From the NCBI RefSeq assembly GCF_002571385.2, contig NW_019217904.1, forward strand, positions 530,944 to 584,471: 53,528 bases of DNA, written 5' to 3'. The DNA is from Stylophora pistillata. Lineage: Eukaryota. The position numbers and the translations under genes are program-made. Of this stretch, positions 34,632 to 47,466 are shown piece by piece (positions within the stretch are counted from its first letter, which is position 1; each line of letters opens with the position of its first letter). Under the pieces are notes generated by a model. That model was not told the DNA's origin, did no database searches, and saw only the letters and a list, made by a program, of their open reading frames with translations.

Positions 34632-36812
34632 TTAGCACTTAAAATGTTTGTTGTATTCATCCCTCGGCTTCCTTTTTTAACAGCAAAAGTTAAGTGCTGT
34701 TAAAGTCAGTCTGCAGAGACTGATTGCAGCGGAATCTTTTCGTAACCAGTTAGAAACAAATGACAATCAGAAACGACAGATGGTGGCGTCCTTTAAATCA
34801 ATTTGAAAGGAAATCCTTGATTAGGTTCAGGTTCCTTTGGATTTTTCAGTCAGACTACACTTTTTCACTCTTCCATATGATTTTCAAGGTATGGGCTGAT
34901 TCACTTCTCAACTCAAAGGTCAGAGAAAATATCAGAAACCTATATAATACACAGGCCACTTCAACTTTAAAGTCATCGGGATAATCATAAACAACAACCC
35001 AGAGAGGATCAGGCCATGCGCAATACAATCTTCTCTCACAGTAGTTTAATCGCGTGATAGCGCTGATTAAGAGCATGGAAGCAGGCCCATGGAAGTACGC
35101 AGATAGGTTAGTTTTTTATTTGATTGGTAAAAATACATTGAAATATTTTCAAAGAAATCTACCCCTTTTGCAAAGAAGTTGACTTTTCAAAATCTCAGAG
35201 AGTGCAGTCTTTCTATCTGATAATCCTTGTACACTGATTTCGGTCTTGTCGTTGTAAAATGAAGCTTACAAGGGAGTTAAAACGAAAGAGAGTATATGTT
35301 CTTTTTCTACAAAAGGAAGTGAAAGACTTCTCTCTTGTTGCTCTCTAGTTCCCTGGGTCCCTATTCTTTCCTCCCGCAGAACCGCGCGGGCATGTACAAG
35401 ATAGACATGGAAACGAAGTTGTATTCCGGATTTCACCTGGGTACAGTTTACGTATGTTCATTAAAAAAATTATTTTAAGACGAGCTGGTCTCAATTTCAT
35501 TCAATAAAAGCAAGATCTTGAGAACGACTGCAGTGACTTGTGACTGTAGTATCCTATCCTGTTGAGCGAGGAAATAATGAGAGGGCCTGGGGAAGAGGTT
35601 TTGGACTCGCTCGCACTCTCTCTCGTATTGATTCCACAACTATTAACTTCCCCCCTCTCTTGACAAATCTTAGTTTGCATTGTAAGTGGCCGCTTAGACC
35701 ACACCTTCGCCCAACGTGCATCAGCAAAACTTTCGTCCACGGTTACTTGAAAACTCTTGGGTTCAATAGTGTAAAAATGGAAATTTTTAAGGAAATGACG
35801 ACCAGCTGGTAGACTTCAAAAGAGCCCTTTCCCGCAGAAAACAGACAAACTGAATAACCAGTCAAAATCAAATGTCTTCTTACCATGGACAAAGAAAACC
35901 TGCACGCGCTAGGGAGGCGTGATCGCGCACGAGTTGAAGCAGGTGTTAGCTCTTCTTTGTGGCTGATTGCCATGGTGACAATCGTGTCTAGAAAAATTGT
36001 GCCAAACTTGAGTATCATTTTCGGCACCACCTGAAAGAAAATAATTTCCGACTAACTGGGGGGTCAACAATTAGAAAGCAAACCCGCTTAAAACATCATC
36101 ACAGGTAACTGTTGGAAAGGTAAGTATGACGAACTAGGTCGCAAAAGTAACGTTCTGTTACCTTTTCCTAGAATGCTTTCCGTAAGGTTTTCCAAGTACG
36201 CTAAAATATTATCACAAGTTTGGGTGCCGTTTGGAATGATTAGCCTTTTGTCTCCTCTTCTATATCAGAATCTATTTTGAAAGTAGTATTCGGTCAGTCA
36301 AAAAGTCAACTCCAGGACTATTTCACTCTAAAAAGGACTGTTAAAAGGTGAATGGAATATATGAGATACGCACAGCGTATGTCCTGATTGCATAGGTTAG
36401 TATTCTAGCTAAGACTAAATTAAACCAAGGTAAGCGCTCGTTATTTCTCGCAATGAGAGTTCCAACATGTTAGCCCGCGGGTTTTCCCGGTGCGAATTTT
36501 TCTTCATCTTCTGCAGGTATACTGCCGCGCACGTGTTATTCAAAGCTGCTATTTTACCTGTTTCAGAGCTGGTGGTTTCAGTCACTGTCACCCCTTCCCG
36601 GTAAAAAACACTTTGACACTGCAAACAGTTGACTTTGCTATCTGCTTTTCTATAGGCATTTATGTGGCACTATTTCTTCAGAGTTCTCCACTACTAAAAA
36701 GACGTCCCCTTCTAATTAATCACGATTCATTTTACCTTCTTCGGGCGAAAAAAAACCCGAACATTCGAAACATCGGCATCAACCGAACGAACGGCTCTCG
36801 ATCCACTTCGAG

Positions 36813-39800
36813 ATGTCCATTACGAGAGGTGAGCGTTTAAAGAACTCTTTTAATCAAAATGAATTATTTGAGAATTTAAGTAGTTAATAAGGGATCGACG
36901 AGCCCGATATCATTGATTTTGAAGTTTTAGATCTTAGATATAAAACGGTGAGATAACCACTCATCTTAAAGTCAGTTGTTAATATTTGAACTCTTCCTTT
37001 CCGTTGTTTGATCTCGTCTGACTCTGCTAATTGCGACCGTTGTATAAACAGCATCTTCCCAAAAACTACGACATGNNNNNNNNNNNNNNNNNNNNNNNNN
37101 NNNNNNNNNNNNNNNNNNNNNNNNNNNNNNNNNNNNNNNNNNNNNNNNNNNNNNNNNNNNNNNNNNNNNNNNNNNNNNNNNNNNNNNNNNNNNNNNNNNN
37201 NNNNNNNNNNNNNNNNNNNNNNNNNNNNNNNNNNNNNNNNNNNNNNNNNNNNNNNNNNNNNNNNNNNNNNNNNNNNNNNNNNNNNNNNNNNNNNNNNNNN
37301 NNNNNNNNNNNNNNNNNNNNNNNNNNNNNNNNNNNNNNNNNNNNNNNNNNNNNNNNNNNNNNNNNNNNNNNNNNNNNNNNNNNNNNNNNNNNNNNNNNNN
37401 NNNNNNNNNNNNNNNNNNNNNNNNNNNNNNNNNNNNNNNNNNNNNNNNNNNNNNNNNNNNNNNNNNNNNNNNNNNNNNNNNNNNNNNNNNNNNNNNNNNN
37501 NNNNNNNNNNNNNNNNNNNNNNNNNNNNNNNNNNNNNNNNNNNNNNNNNNNNNNNNNNNNNNNNNNNNNNNNNNNNNNNNNNNNNNNNNNNNNNNNNNNN
37601 NNNNNNNNNNNNNNNNNNNNNNNNNNNNNNNNNNNNNNNNNNNNNNNNNNNNNNNNNNNNNNNNNNNNNNNNNNNNNNNNNNNNNNNNNNNNNNNNNNNN
37701 NNNNNNNNNNNNNNNNNNNNNNNNNNNNNNNNNNNNNNNNNNNNNNNNNNNNNNNNNNNNNNNNNNNNNNNNNNNNNNNNNNNNNNNNNNNNNNNNNNNN
37801 NNNNNNNNNNNNNNNNNNNNNNNNNNNNNNNNNNNNNNNNNNNNNNNNNNNNNNNNNNNNNNNNNNNNNNNNNNNNNNNNNNNNNNNNNNNNNNNNNNNN
37901 NNNNNNNNNNNNNNNNNNNNNNNNNNNNNNNNNNNNNNNNNNNNNNNNNNNNNNNNNNNNNNNNNNNNNNNNNNNNNNNNNNNNNNNNNNNNNNNNNNNN
38001 NNNNNNNNNNNNNNNNNNNNCGTAACAAGATCTATTGGTTGAAAGGATCAGACAAGTTTTGTGAGCCAATTACAAAGCGCAATGGAACAAACCTGATGCA
38101 ATTCCAGATTTGTGCTAAGGACAGTCAACTGTAAATTGTTCGATTAGAAGAAGTGTAATCGATGTTGCACAGTCTTATTGCCCAAATAAACTTGTCAGTG
38201 TCCTAACAGTGCCCTTCGCTCCGACGAAGGGCTAACGCTCGAAACGTCAGCTTTTGTAATCATTACGGTGGCCAATTTACCATTTCAACTTTGTTGATAT
38301 ATCCAAATTATAGTGTCCTAACAAGATCAACAAACACAATGACAGGAGCGGATCCTGGAATTTTCAGAAAACCTTTTGACACACCAGAGCCTAAATAGGC
38401 TAACTAATATTTCAAGACGAGCCAATGTCGTAAACTACATATTGAGTAGTAACGTGCGATCCGGTTATCTTTGCAAGAATGTTGGTGTCGCACAAGTGCT
38501 AAAAGAACAGCAGATCTTATGAAAAGGGGGGGGGGGAAGGAAATACACCTTGTCACTTATTATGGTTTGATCTGTCCTAATTCTGCTATGGTTGCAATCT
38601 TTGTATTAACAGCATCTTGCTAAAATAAGCCATGCTCTCCGTTCGACCGTGTGCAGCGTAAACATAATTACCGGCCTTCCTTAAACAAAAAATTTGCGAA
38701 TACAATGTCTCGCAAACTGGGCGACTAATTGATTCTTGAAAATGAAATGTAATAGATATGAAAAATAAATATTCCTAGTTGCACGATGGAAACATTTTTC
38801 GGGCCGCAGTATTCGCAGTTGAATTAGTGAATACTTTTATTAAACCTACGTTTGCTCAAAGCTGAAAGAGCAAGTGTCATACAAAAAATTTCACATTAAT
38901 TCGAAGATAGCTGATATCGTGCTAATTGCACCGTCACTCATGTTGCTAAGACAGGTTGCCATACAATCAAGAAGGCTGTGTCAATATCATTTACTCATTT
39001 CTAAGACAAAAGTTTAATTTGCTCTTTAAGACACATTCTCCCCGCGATTGTAGGATAGATCACGGATGTGGTTTTTCTGAGAGACACAACTTCAGTATGA
39101 AATACTCCAAATGATATGATTTGTGTTTTCTTTCTCGCACTCGTCTCCTTGAGGGTTTTCTTTCTTTTTATCTTCATAATTTCTGGACTAAGATACACCG
39201 TGTGTCAGGTAGTACATCCTTTTACACGTATCCTGACCTTTTTTACGAGGACTTGTGCGACTGCTTTCCCTAAAACCTTAGATTCTACATCGATTTAAGA
39301 AATTTACGGACTGCATGCACTTAAAGAACTCAAGGTCACATTTTTGGCGAGGGTTAGGGGAAATACTAAATGGATCCTCAAAAGCAGGTCATTAATCATT
39401 GCTTCAAGCGGGGGGGGGGGGAGGGGGTGTTGGAATAGTTTGCTTGTGCCGCGATAAAAGTTGCCTGATCCTTCAGAAGGCTCTGTAATATCCTCGTGAC
39501 CCCCCCTCTCCACATAGTAATCCATAAACCCCCCTTTATACTCCGTTGACGACGACTTATCCTCCCTTCGTCCCCCCCTAAAAATCATTTAATCCCCTCC
39601 CCCAACCCCTCCACCCATCTTCCTCCAGGAAATAAACAATGATAGGTCTCTTAGGCAGGATGGTGGTATTAAAGTCTTATGACTTCAGGCCTCAGTCATT
39701 AACTAATCTTGTAATTGGTAATAACTTCGATATTCTTGCCGTCAGCTATTTTTCAAGGATGCGGAGCAGAAACTGTCATTTTCTTCTTAACTGTACTGTC

Positions 39801-42800
39801 ATCAGCCGTCATATTCCCCGCTATTGGTAAATATTGTGATCACGTGATCACAGTGCTCGTCGCTCTTGGAGCTGCTTGTCTCACCGGCGACGCGATCTTT
39901 CACCTCTTACCGCACGTAAGTAAAACTAACAACTCAAGGGAACTGTACTCATTCTGAAAGCGTTCATGGAAATAGAGCTTGTTTTTTAAATGAGATCCCT
40001 AAAGCCAAAAGAGAAAAAATCATAAGGGCGGACAAAACGATTGAGAGCATCCTCGACAAAATACCGTCAGATTGTGTCAAGAGGGGAGAGTGAGCAAGTT
40101 GCTGAGTCTCAGCTTTTCATTTGATTGGTTGAGGGGATGGCACAGAGTGGAGTAACAAAGCACGCGTGCAATTCTTGATTACCTCTGGCACTCAACTTCA
40201 GCACTCCAATCTTAAATTCTTTAGGCATTACATCACCACGACGACGTTGGCACTACGGAATCCAATCATAGCGTACTTTTATGGCGTTCCTTCTTGGTTT
40301 TGTGCAGTATTTATTTCTTCTACCTGTTTCATCTCTTTTTTCAAGTCATGGAGGTAGGTAGAGCAAAATTGAGGTTGGCCTGTTTGTCTGCTCTAGCTCT
40401 ATTTACGTCAATTCTTCTGACGGTCACGCAATCTCGTTTTTAGGGTGTTCACGCTCACTCTCATGTCACGTTACCTGATCCACGTGAGGCCAAGGGCCTG
40501 CTAGAGGCAGAAACCAAAGGCAAGCGTAAGCAGTCTTCGGCCAAAATGAACAAAACTCTTATAGGAATGATGTTATTGGGTGAAGTACTACACACATCGT
40601 GCGATGGATTAGCTATAGGAGCAGCCTTCTCAAAATCGGCAGGGGATGGACTCAGTACGACTCTTGCTGTGTTATTTCATGAAGTACCGCACGCAGTAGG
40701 TAAGGAAGTGATCAATACCATATCAATATTTTATGCTAAGCGAGCTCAGCCTCACTATAGCTCTCAGTTCCCATGCCTTTTCTGTGGGTTTTGCGCCCCC
40801 GGGTTGAAAACTCTTACCGTCCGTGCATTTAGCGAAAATACGCATTAAAAAAGTGGCAGTGTAATTTTGTTGAGAACAAAAGACCTTGAAATAATCATAA
40901 CTTGCATGGAATACCACCCAGATCTGCTCATTAACTCTTCAACCCCTGATAGTGATGAGCATGTTTTTTTTTTCAACAGCATCATTCCTGAATCGAACAT
41001 TATGGTCATGGCAATAAAGGAAGTTATCGCGAATTTAAGAAGCTCTTGACTGTTAAACAAATTCTCTTTGTCAGCACCTTAGAAAAAGTATATAGAACAG
41101 TATGGAGAATATGCATTCTGATGTTAGAGTGTAAAGAGCTAAGATCACTGTGATTTTCTGAAGTTGCCAACGTCAACATGTGACATTGCACAACTTTAAT
41201 TTGCAACCTCGTTTTCTTGGGTTCTATCTACTTAATTGTCAGAAGCAGCAGCATTGTCAATATATTTGTTTTTGTTTTTTGATTTCTTCCAGGTACTTTC
41301 GCCATCTTTATCTCGTCTGGTCTGTGTATCCGCAGGGCACTGGGTCTGTTATGTTTTTGTTACTTATGCGCATACGCGGGTGTACTGGTAGGAGCGACCC
41401 TGAGCACCAGTCCTAATCTAACGCCCTGGATATTTGCCGTTGTAGCAGGAATGTTTCTTTATGTTGCACTGGCGGAGATGGTGAGTAGTGATAGCATATT
41501 CCCTGTTGATGAAATGGAATGACGCAATCTATAATGCCCGCGGTGCATGCATGGCATTGCTTCTATGAAGTAACATGATACGAACCCCAAGTCGAGACAC
41601 CAATGTTTTAGTGCAAAGAGTCAAATTCAAGAAATTGGAACTAGCTTGAAAAGAACTTTTGCCAATTATGTTTACTTCGCGTCGTCACGAGCTTGGGACA
41701 AAGAATAACGAATCCTGAGTCCCCAAGAGGAATCGAACCTCAGACTTTCGGGTTTCGGGCCCAATTGCCCCACCAATAAGCCAAAGAGACTCTACGGTGG
41801 GTCACGCGTTCCTCAATTCCCCCACCAATGAGCCAAAGAGACTCTACGGTGGGTCACGCCTTCCTCAATTGCTCTACCAATGAGTCAAAGAGACTCTACG
41901 GTGGGTCACGCGTTCCTGAATTGCCCCACCAATGAGCCAGAGAGACTCTACGGTGGGTCACTCGTTCCTCAATTGCCCCACCAATGAGCCAAAGAGACTC
42001 TACGGTGGGTCACTCGTTCCTCAATTGCCCCACCAATGAGCCAAAGAGACTCTACGGTGGGTCACGCGTTCCTCAATTGCTCTACCAATGAGCCAAAGAG
42101 ACTCTACGGTGGGTCACGCGTTCCTCAATTGCTCTACCAATGAGCCAAAGAGACTCTACGGTGGGTCGCGCGTTCCTCAATTGCCCTACCAATGAGCCAA
42201 AGAGAGTCTACGGTGGGTCGCGCGTTCCTCAATTGCCCCACCAATGAGCCAAAGAGACTCTACGGTGGGCCACGCGTTCCTCAATTGCCCCTACCAATGA
42301 GCCACAGAGTCTCTACGGTGGGTCACGCGTTCCTCAATTGCCCTACTAATGAGCCAAAGAGACTCTACGGTGGGTCACGCGTTCCTCAGTTGCTCTACCA
42401 ATGAGCCAAAGAGACTCTACGGTGAGTCACGCGTTCCTCAATTGCTCTACTAATGTGTCAAAGAGACTCTACGGTGGGTCACGCGTTCCTTAACTGCTCT
42501 ACTAATGAGCCAAAGAGACTCTACGGTGGGTCACGCGTTCCTCAATTGCTCTACCAATGAGCCAAAGAGACTCTACGGTGGGTCACGCGTTCCTCGTGCA
42601 CGTACTACCAGGATAGGCAATGTCAAAAGTGTCATGCGCTTTAATAGAATCAGAAAGATAGCAAATTTTAAGTTCGGTATTGAGATAGAAGAAAATATTT
42701 TTCACTTTTGTGCTGTAAAGTCACGATGACAACTCCAATTTCAGGTTCCAGAGATGTTCACTAGCATAACATCAAGATCTGATGAACAACGGCAGGTGAT

Positions 42801-42888
42801 CTTTCTACAAAACCTTGGACTTTTGATCGGATTTGCCATGATGATGACATTAGCTGCTTTTGAAGAAACGATAAGAACATTATTGTAG
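36813..42888 (+). CDS. LIV-1 subfamily ZIP (SLC39) metal transporter, copy 2
   Basis: Exons 39746-39915, 40225-40353, 40444-40699, 41293-41480 and 42745-42888 match copy 1 in size (the last is one codon shorter) and are open. The start exon 36813-36828 is inferred, and the intron after it spans the N gap. Confidence 0.83.
37076..38020. other. Assembly gap (945 N)
   Basis: Continuous run of N. Confidence 1.
38209..38311 (+). mobile_element. 103-bp hammerhead-bearing mini-retroelement with a 12-bp TSD
   Basis: GCT-CCGACGA-A-GGGC TAAC GCTC-GAA-ACGT-C-AGC (hammerhead with a U4C change), flanked by AGTGTCCTAACA at 38197-38208 and 38312-38323. Confidence 0.72.
41762..42595. repeat. Minisatellite, about 16 x 52 bp, inside a tRNA-derived SINE in the last intron of ZIP copy 2
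   Basis: Unit CCAATGAGCCAAAGAGACTCTACGGTGGGTCACGCGTTCCTCAATTGCTCTA, with period 52 (41825, 41877, 41929...). Confidence 0.95.
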
Positions 42889-43327
42889 TAGTTAGCACTT
42901 AAAATGTTTGTTGCAATTATCCCTCGGCTTCCTTTTTAAACAGCAAAAGTGAAGTGCTGCAGAGACTGATTCCGGCGGAATTTTCTTGTAACCAGTTAGA
43001 AACAAATGACAATCAGAAACAATATATGACGTTCTTAAAATGAATTTGAAAAGGATACCCTTAATTAGTCTTAGGTTCATTTGAACTTTTCAGTATGACT
43101 ACACTTTTTCACTCTTCCCTTTGATTTTCAAGGTGTGGGGCTAATTCACCTCTCAACTCGAAGGTCAGAGAAACTATGACAAACCTTTGTAATACATAGG
43201 CCACTTCACTTTCAAAGTATGCGGGGTAATTATAAACAGCAACCTAGAGAGGATCAGGCCATGCGCAATACAATTTTCTCTCACAGTAGTTTAATCACGT
43301 GATAGCGCTGATTAAGAGCATGGAAGC

Positions 43328-43815
43328 TAGGCTTAGCCACAAGTTGCTCGGTAACTTTTGAGATTTTCGGCAACTTTGGGCTTTTTTAGGTTCTTTGAAG
43401 CCACTTTCTTCACGTTTTGAGCCACATTGGTCAGTTTTCGATAGACATTTATTCAATTTATTCTAAAATACAATAATTAGGGCCCCCATGGGTTGATTTT
43501 TGTGATGCCTTATCACGAGGTCAGCGGTATCACGTTGCACGTTTTTCGAGATGGCGGACAATTACAGTGACTATTTGTTGATCAAGTGAAATGGAAAGAG
43601 CCTCTGATATTATCATTGGACTTTGACAAAAAAAGTGTTGATAAGAAGCAATGTGCGAATTTTTAATCTTTAACACCCACAAAAGGTACGAAAAGCAGAA
43701 AAATATTGGCAACTTTTCGGCAACCTTTTGAAAAAAATAGCAACTTTTTGGCAACTTTTAGACACTTTTATCGGCAACTTTTTTGGGATTCATCGGCAAC
43801 TTGTAGCTAGGCCTA
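43328..43815. mobile_element. Non-autonomous hAT-type element (488 bp)
   Basis: TIRs TAGGCTTAGCCACAAGTTGC / GCAACTTGTAGCTAGGCCTA, 8-bp TSD ATGGAAGC (43320-43327 and 43816-43823), and repeated subterminal GGCAACTT motifs. The empty site is at 35075-35082 in the paralogous unit. Confidence 0.9.
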
Positions 43816-44169
43816 ATGGAAGCAGGCCAATGGAAATACGTAAATAGGCCAGTTTTTTATTTGATTGGTAAATATCAATTGAAATACTTCCAAAGAAGTC
43901 TACTGTTTTGCAAAGAAATTGACTTTCAAGAATCTCAGAGAGTGCAGTCTTTCTATCTGATATTCCTTGTACACTGATTTCGGTCTTATCGTTGTAAGAT
44001 TAAGCTTACAAGGGAGTTAGAACGAAACGGAGTATTTGATCCTTTTCTACAAAAAGTTGTGACAGACTTCTCTCTTGTTTATTCGATGTCCACTTCTAAC
44101 TTTTTTATCGCTATATATAAAGTCATTTTTTATCCTCAAGTAACTTCCTCTTTTATGAAATTGACAACT

Positions 44170-46715
44170 TCAAAATTCTGGAACATTCAAATCACGTGGC
44201 TTGGGATAAAACAGGCGAAACAGGTTTGGACTCTTCACACGTGCCACGTACATACCGCTGGATAGAATGCGATCCATCAAGTCCCAGGCGGCTAAATGAT
44301 CTGCAGTGCCTTCGTTCAGTCCTGTAAAAAGAAAGAGGATTGTGAGAGATGAAAAGATCAACCGCTGCCGTTTCGATTCTCTATGACTGAATCCCCTTGT
44401 ATTCCTGAACAAGAGCTAAAGCATATTTCTGTTGTCACAGAATCAAACGACAACGTCCAATAAGAAAGGAATCAATAAGAACACGCAGTAAAAAAAATAG
44501 AAACTGCATAAAGCGCGGGAAAACGCCTATGACCAAGGTATGATCGACTTATAATTCAGTTTAACATCTGATTCGTGAGAGGAAAGTCCCAGTTTTCTCG
44601 ACAGATTGGAAAGCGTAAGTAGCAAAACCAATGAAATTCCGAATACTTTTAACTCCGTTATGAAAATTGTTCAAAATAACGAAAAACAACTTGTCTAACC
44701 TCCAAGCCGATTCCAGTCGCTCTTGTACATGCCAATCATCTGGTAACCATGGTCATCCCACGATCCATACGGTTCAGCAGGAAACGCCCCACATTTTAAG
44801 CTGAAAAGGATGGGCGCAAATGCCATCCTCCCTCCTATGCAGTGCTATAACGTAAATGAGCAAATAACATTTAGATCAAGTTAACAAGACTCAATAGACT
44901 TTGCTCCATTAAAGCTTACCTTTCGACAATTTTCAAAAATCTCCGGCGCCAAATCCATATATACATCAGTAGTTAGAACAATACTCTGAGCATCCCGCAC
45001 CAGTCTTACTCCGGCATTAATGGCGCGCGTCCAAGAGAACTCCCCGTTCAATTTTTCAACCTTGTACTTCTGCAACGACGTGGTTTGCAGAGTCCTTTCG
45101 ACGTCCAAGCCTAATTTTCCAGAGTGTATAACCACTAACTGAAAATCGACCTCTAGGCTTCCTTGCAAAATTTGTTCCGCTCTTTCAATAAAACGATGTA
45201 GCCGCTGACCTTCACAATCAACGGCGATAATCAAATGAACTGCAACTTCTTTCTTCCAGTCCAGACCCTTCGGATAACAAAGTTGCGCGTTCTTCCCTCG
45301 TGGGTTTTCACCTTGTTCGTTGTTTTGTAAATAGACATACTCTGCGACTCTCTCCGGGTAATCTAAAGCATCACAGCTTAATTCTATCTCTAGAAAGTAA
45401 AGAACAACATTGTTCTCTTCATTTGTTACCATACGCTCGAGGGTAAGAATTCTCTCGACGAGATACTTTCTGGAAAATTAAATGAAAAAAAAAATTTGCA
45501 AATGAGGTCTAATTAATTTAATTTTAGTCATAGGTTTAGTTCGGATGTTCCCCTCTCTATCAAAGAAAGTGAGGAGCAGCGGATCCTATCGACCGACTGA
45601 CCCACTGATCCACTGACTGACTGACTTACTATTGATTGACTGACTGACTTAATGACTGATCGGCCGACTGACTTATTGACCGAGATGCTGCTGATAGAGG
45701 AGTTTTTTTTTTTTTATAATTTTTGAATTTGCAAGATTATAACTTACTTTGGGAAAATTTTTTCGAGTCCTGCCACAAAAAGATCTACCACCAACTTAGC
45801 TTCCTCATTTTCCTGCCATTTCCGGTCATCATTAGTTACTGTGATTATTTCTTGAATAGCTTTGTTTCCCTGCAAACGGCGCATACCCGGCTTAGTCGCG
45901 GTTGGAAGCGTATAGCTGCACGTGGAGAGCGTGCGTTCCACAGCACTGTCCGTGAGGAACGAGACGAGATAAGGCTTTGTAATTCCTAATTGACTATTTG
46001 ATGAACCCTTCGAAGATGTAATTTGAGACACCGATTGCGATTCCACGGAATGTGAAATGTACTCGGATGTTATGACCTCCAAATAATGCTTCCCAGGTCG
46101 GATCCAATGCAGTTCCACAAAATCAGCCCCAGTGCCTTGCAGATGAATAATCTCCAGGGGGTATTTATTGCCCTTTTCGAGCAGAAAATCATCGGAAATC
46201 TGTGAATCGAAGCAAATTTCACCGACAGGAGCGCTGCCAACGCGATCACGTGTGGCCACGCTCGAGGCAATTTTTAAACTCCCTAAACTCTGATTTGCAC
46301 CAAACCAGAACTCTGATCCATCATCAGAATACAGAACAAACTTGTAATAACCGGTTTCTGGTGGGTGTAGATAACCGAATACACGCTGGCCGTAGTTGCT
46401 TCGATTTAAATGAATCCTTGTGTTCGAAATGAAGTATAACTCGTCGAAGAACCGTGGAAAGAAAGGAGAGTTGAGTAAATTAAACAATTTTCCGCCACAA
46501 ACGTTTGACCAAACTTGAACTGGTAATTTCCCCATGATATTCTTAGCGTCATCCGGCAGTGATGGAGAGTTTGATGAAACCTCTCTTTGCCACAACTCGC
46601 CTGTTTCGTGCTTATTTGAGACATGGTTGTAAATCAACACTAAAGCCAGAACGGAAAGAATGCTGCTGATATGATCCAGAAGTCGGAACACACTTCTCAT
46701 ACTCGAAGATCTCAT
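44170..46715 (-). CDS. B4GALNT3/4-like beta-1,4-GalNAc-transferase (PA14 domain + GT7-type domain), 604 aa
   Basis: Exons 46715-45748, 45469-44920, 44844-44700 and 44321-44170 total 1815 nt. Features: signal anchor; PA14 NYGQRVFGYLHPPETGYYKF...SDDGSEFW; YFLEIEL; LCYPKGLDW; FSWTRAINAG; RKHCIGGRMAFAPI; GMYKSDWNRLGG. Confidence 0.88.
45592..45681. repeat. Degenerate (ACTG)n microsatellite in an intron
   Basis: gaccgactgacccactgatccactgactgactgac...gactgactgact. Confidence 0.7.
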
Positions 46716-47394
46716 TGTTTTAAAATTTACGGAACGTTGGGCAAGAGTTCTACTTGAGATTTTAGACTACGTGACGTGGGAAAAGATTGAAAGAATAATT
46801 TCTCCAACTATTGATCTTCCCAAATACGGCGATTATTACTTTGTAACAATGGTGACCCTTGGCAAATCGCATCGCTTACAGTTGAACGTGGAATCGGAAA
46901 TAATTATTTCGTCGTCCGATGATAATAATGTTGTTTTGCAAGCAGTTGAAATTTTGCCTGTGCTGTTGTCAGTTGTTCACATAGAAACGGGAAGTTTTTA
47001 GTAAGAATGCGTAACCGCATAGTTCAAATGTTTACCTGCGGAAAATAAAAACACGTAAGCAATACTCAAAATATATGTCGAAAAATATAACTAGATTCAA
47101 ATAGCATTCATAAAAATAATTTCCTGTAGAAAAAGATTTCTATAAATGTAATTCATAAGTTATATAAGATAGTTCTATGTCGGTGATCAACGTCGTCTCA
47201 AGAGCCACGTAATTGTATAATGCTATTTGATAGACCAGTAAATTGATTCATATTCTGCGGCGATTAAGAGGATGGCTGGTTTGTTCGACTTTTAATTTTT
47301 CAAATTTTATTGAAAAATTCAAATAAGAATGATGATAAAGCACTTGAGGACCAAGGATATAGATCTCTGAAAAAAGCTAAGCGTTTATCGTGTA

Positions 47395-47466
47395 GCCCTG
47401 TTAGCTCAGTGGCAGAGCACTGGTCTCGTAAACCAGGGGTCGGGAGTTCGATCCTCGTACAGGGCT
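47395..47466 (+). tRNA. tRNA-Thr(CGT)
   Basis: Acceptor stem GCCCTGT/ACAGGGC, D-stem GCTC/GAGC, anticodon stem CTGGT/ACCAG with loop CT-CGT-AA, T-loop TTCGATC, discriminator T, then a T7 Pol III terminator. The T-stem has one G-G mismatch. Confidence 0.88.

Larger units (their letters stand above)
29543..44079 (+). repeat. Head-to-tail tandem duplication: unit 1 about 29543-35340, unit 2 about 35344-44079
   Basis: Both units begin TCTAGTT.CC.GGGTC.CTATTCTTTCCTCCCGCAGAACC and end AGACTTCTCTCTTGTT. Exons, introns and flanks are collinear; unit 2 is longer because of insertions and a gap. Confidence 0.92.

Noticed and set aside
36972-38134. Long ORFs of 320-367 aa
   Set aside because: Artefacts of translating the 945-N gap.
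41762-42595. CRISPR array
   Set aside because: Units are contiguous 52-bp near-identical copies with no unique spacers, there are no cas genes, and the array lies in a eukaryotic intron.
13613-46715. Functional glycosylation gene cluster (MGAT4-like, STELLO-like, B4GALNT-like)
   Set aside because: Unrelated families interspersed with unrelated genes, and no sequence evidence of co-regulation; synteny data would be needed.
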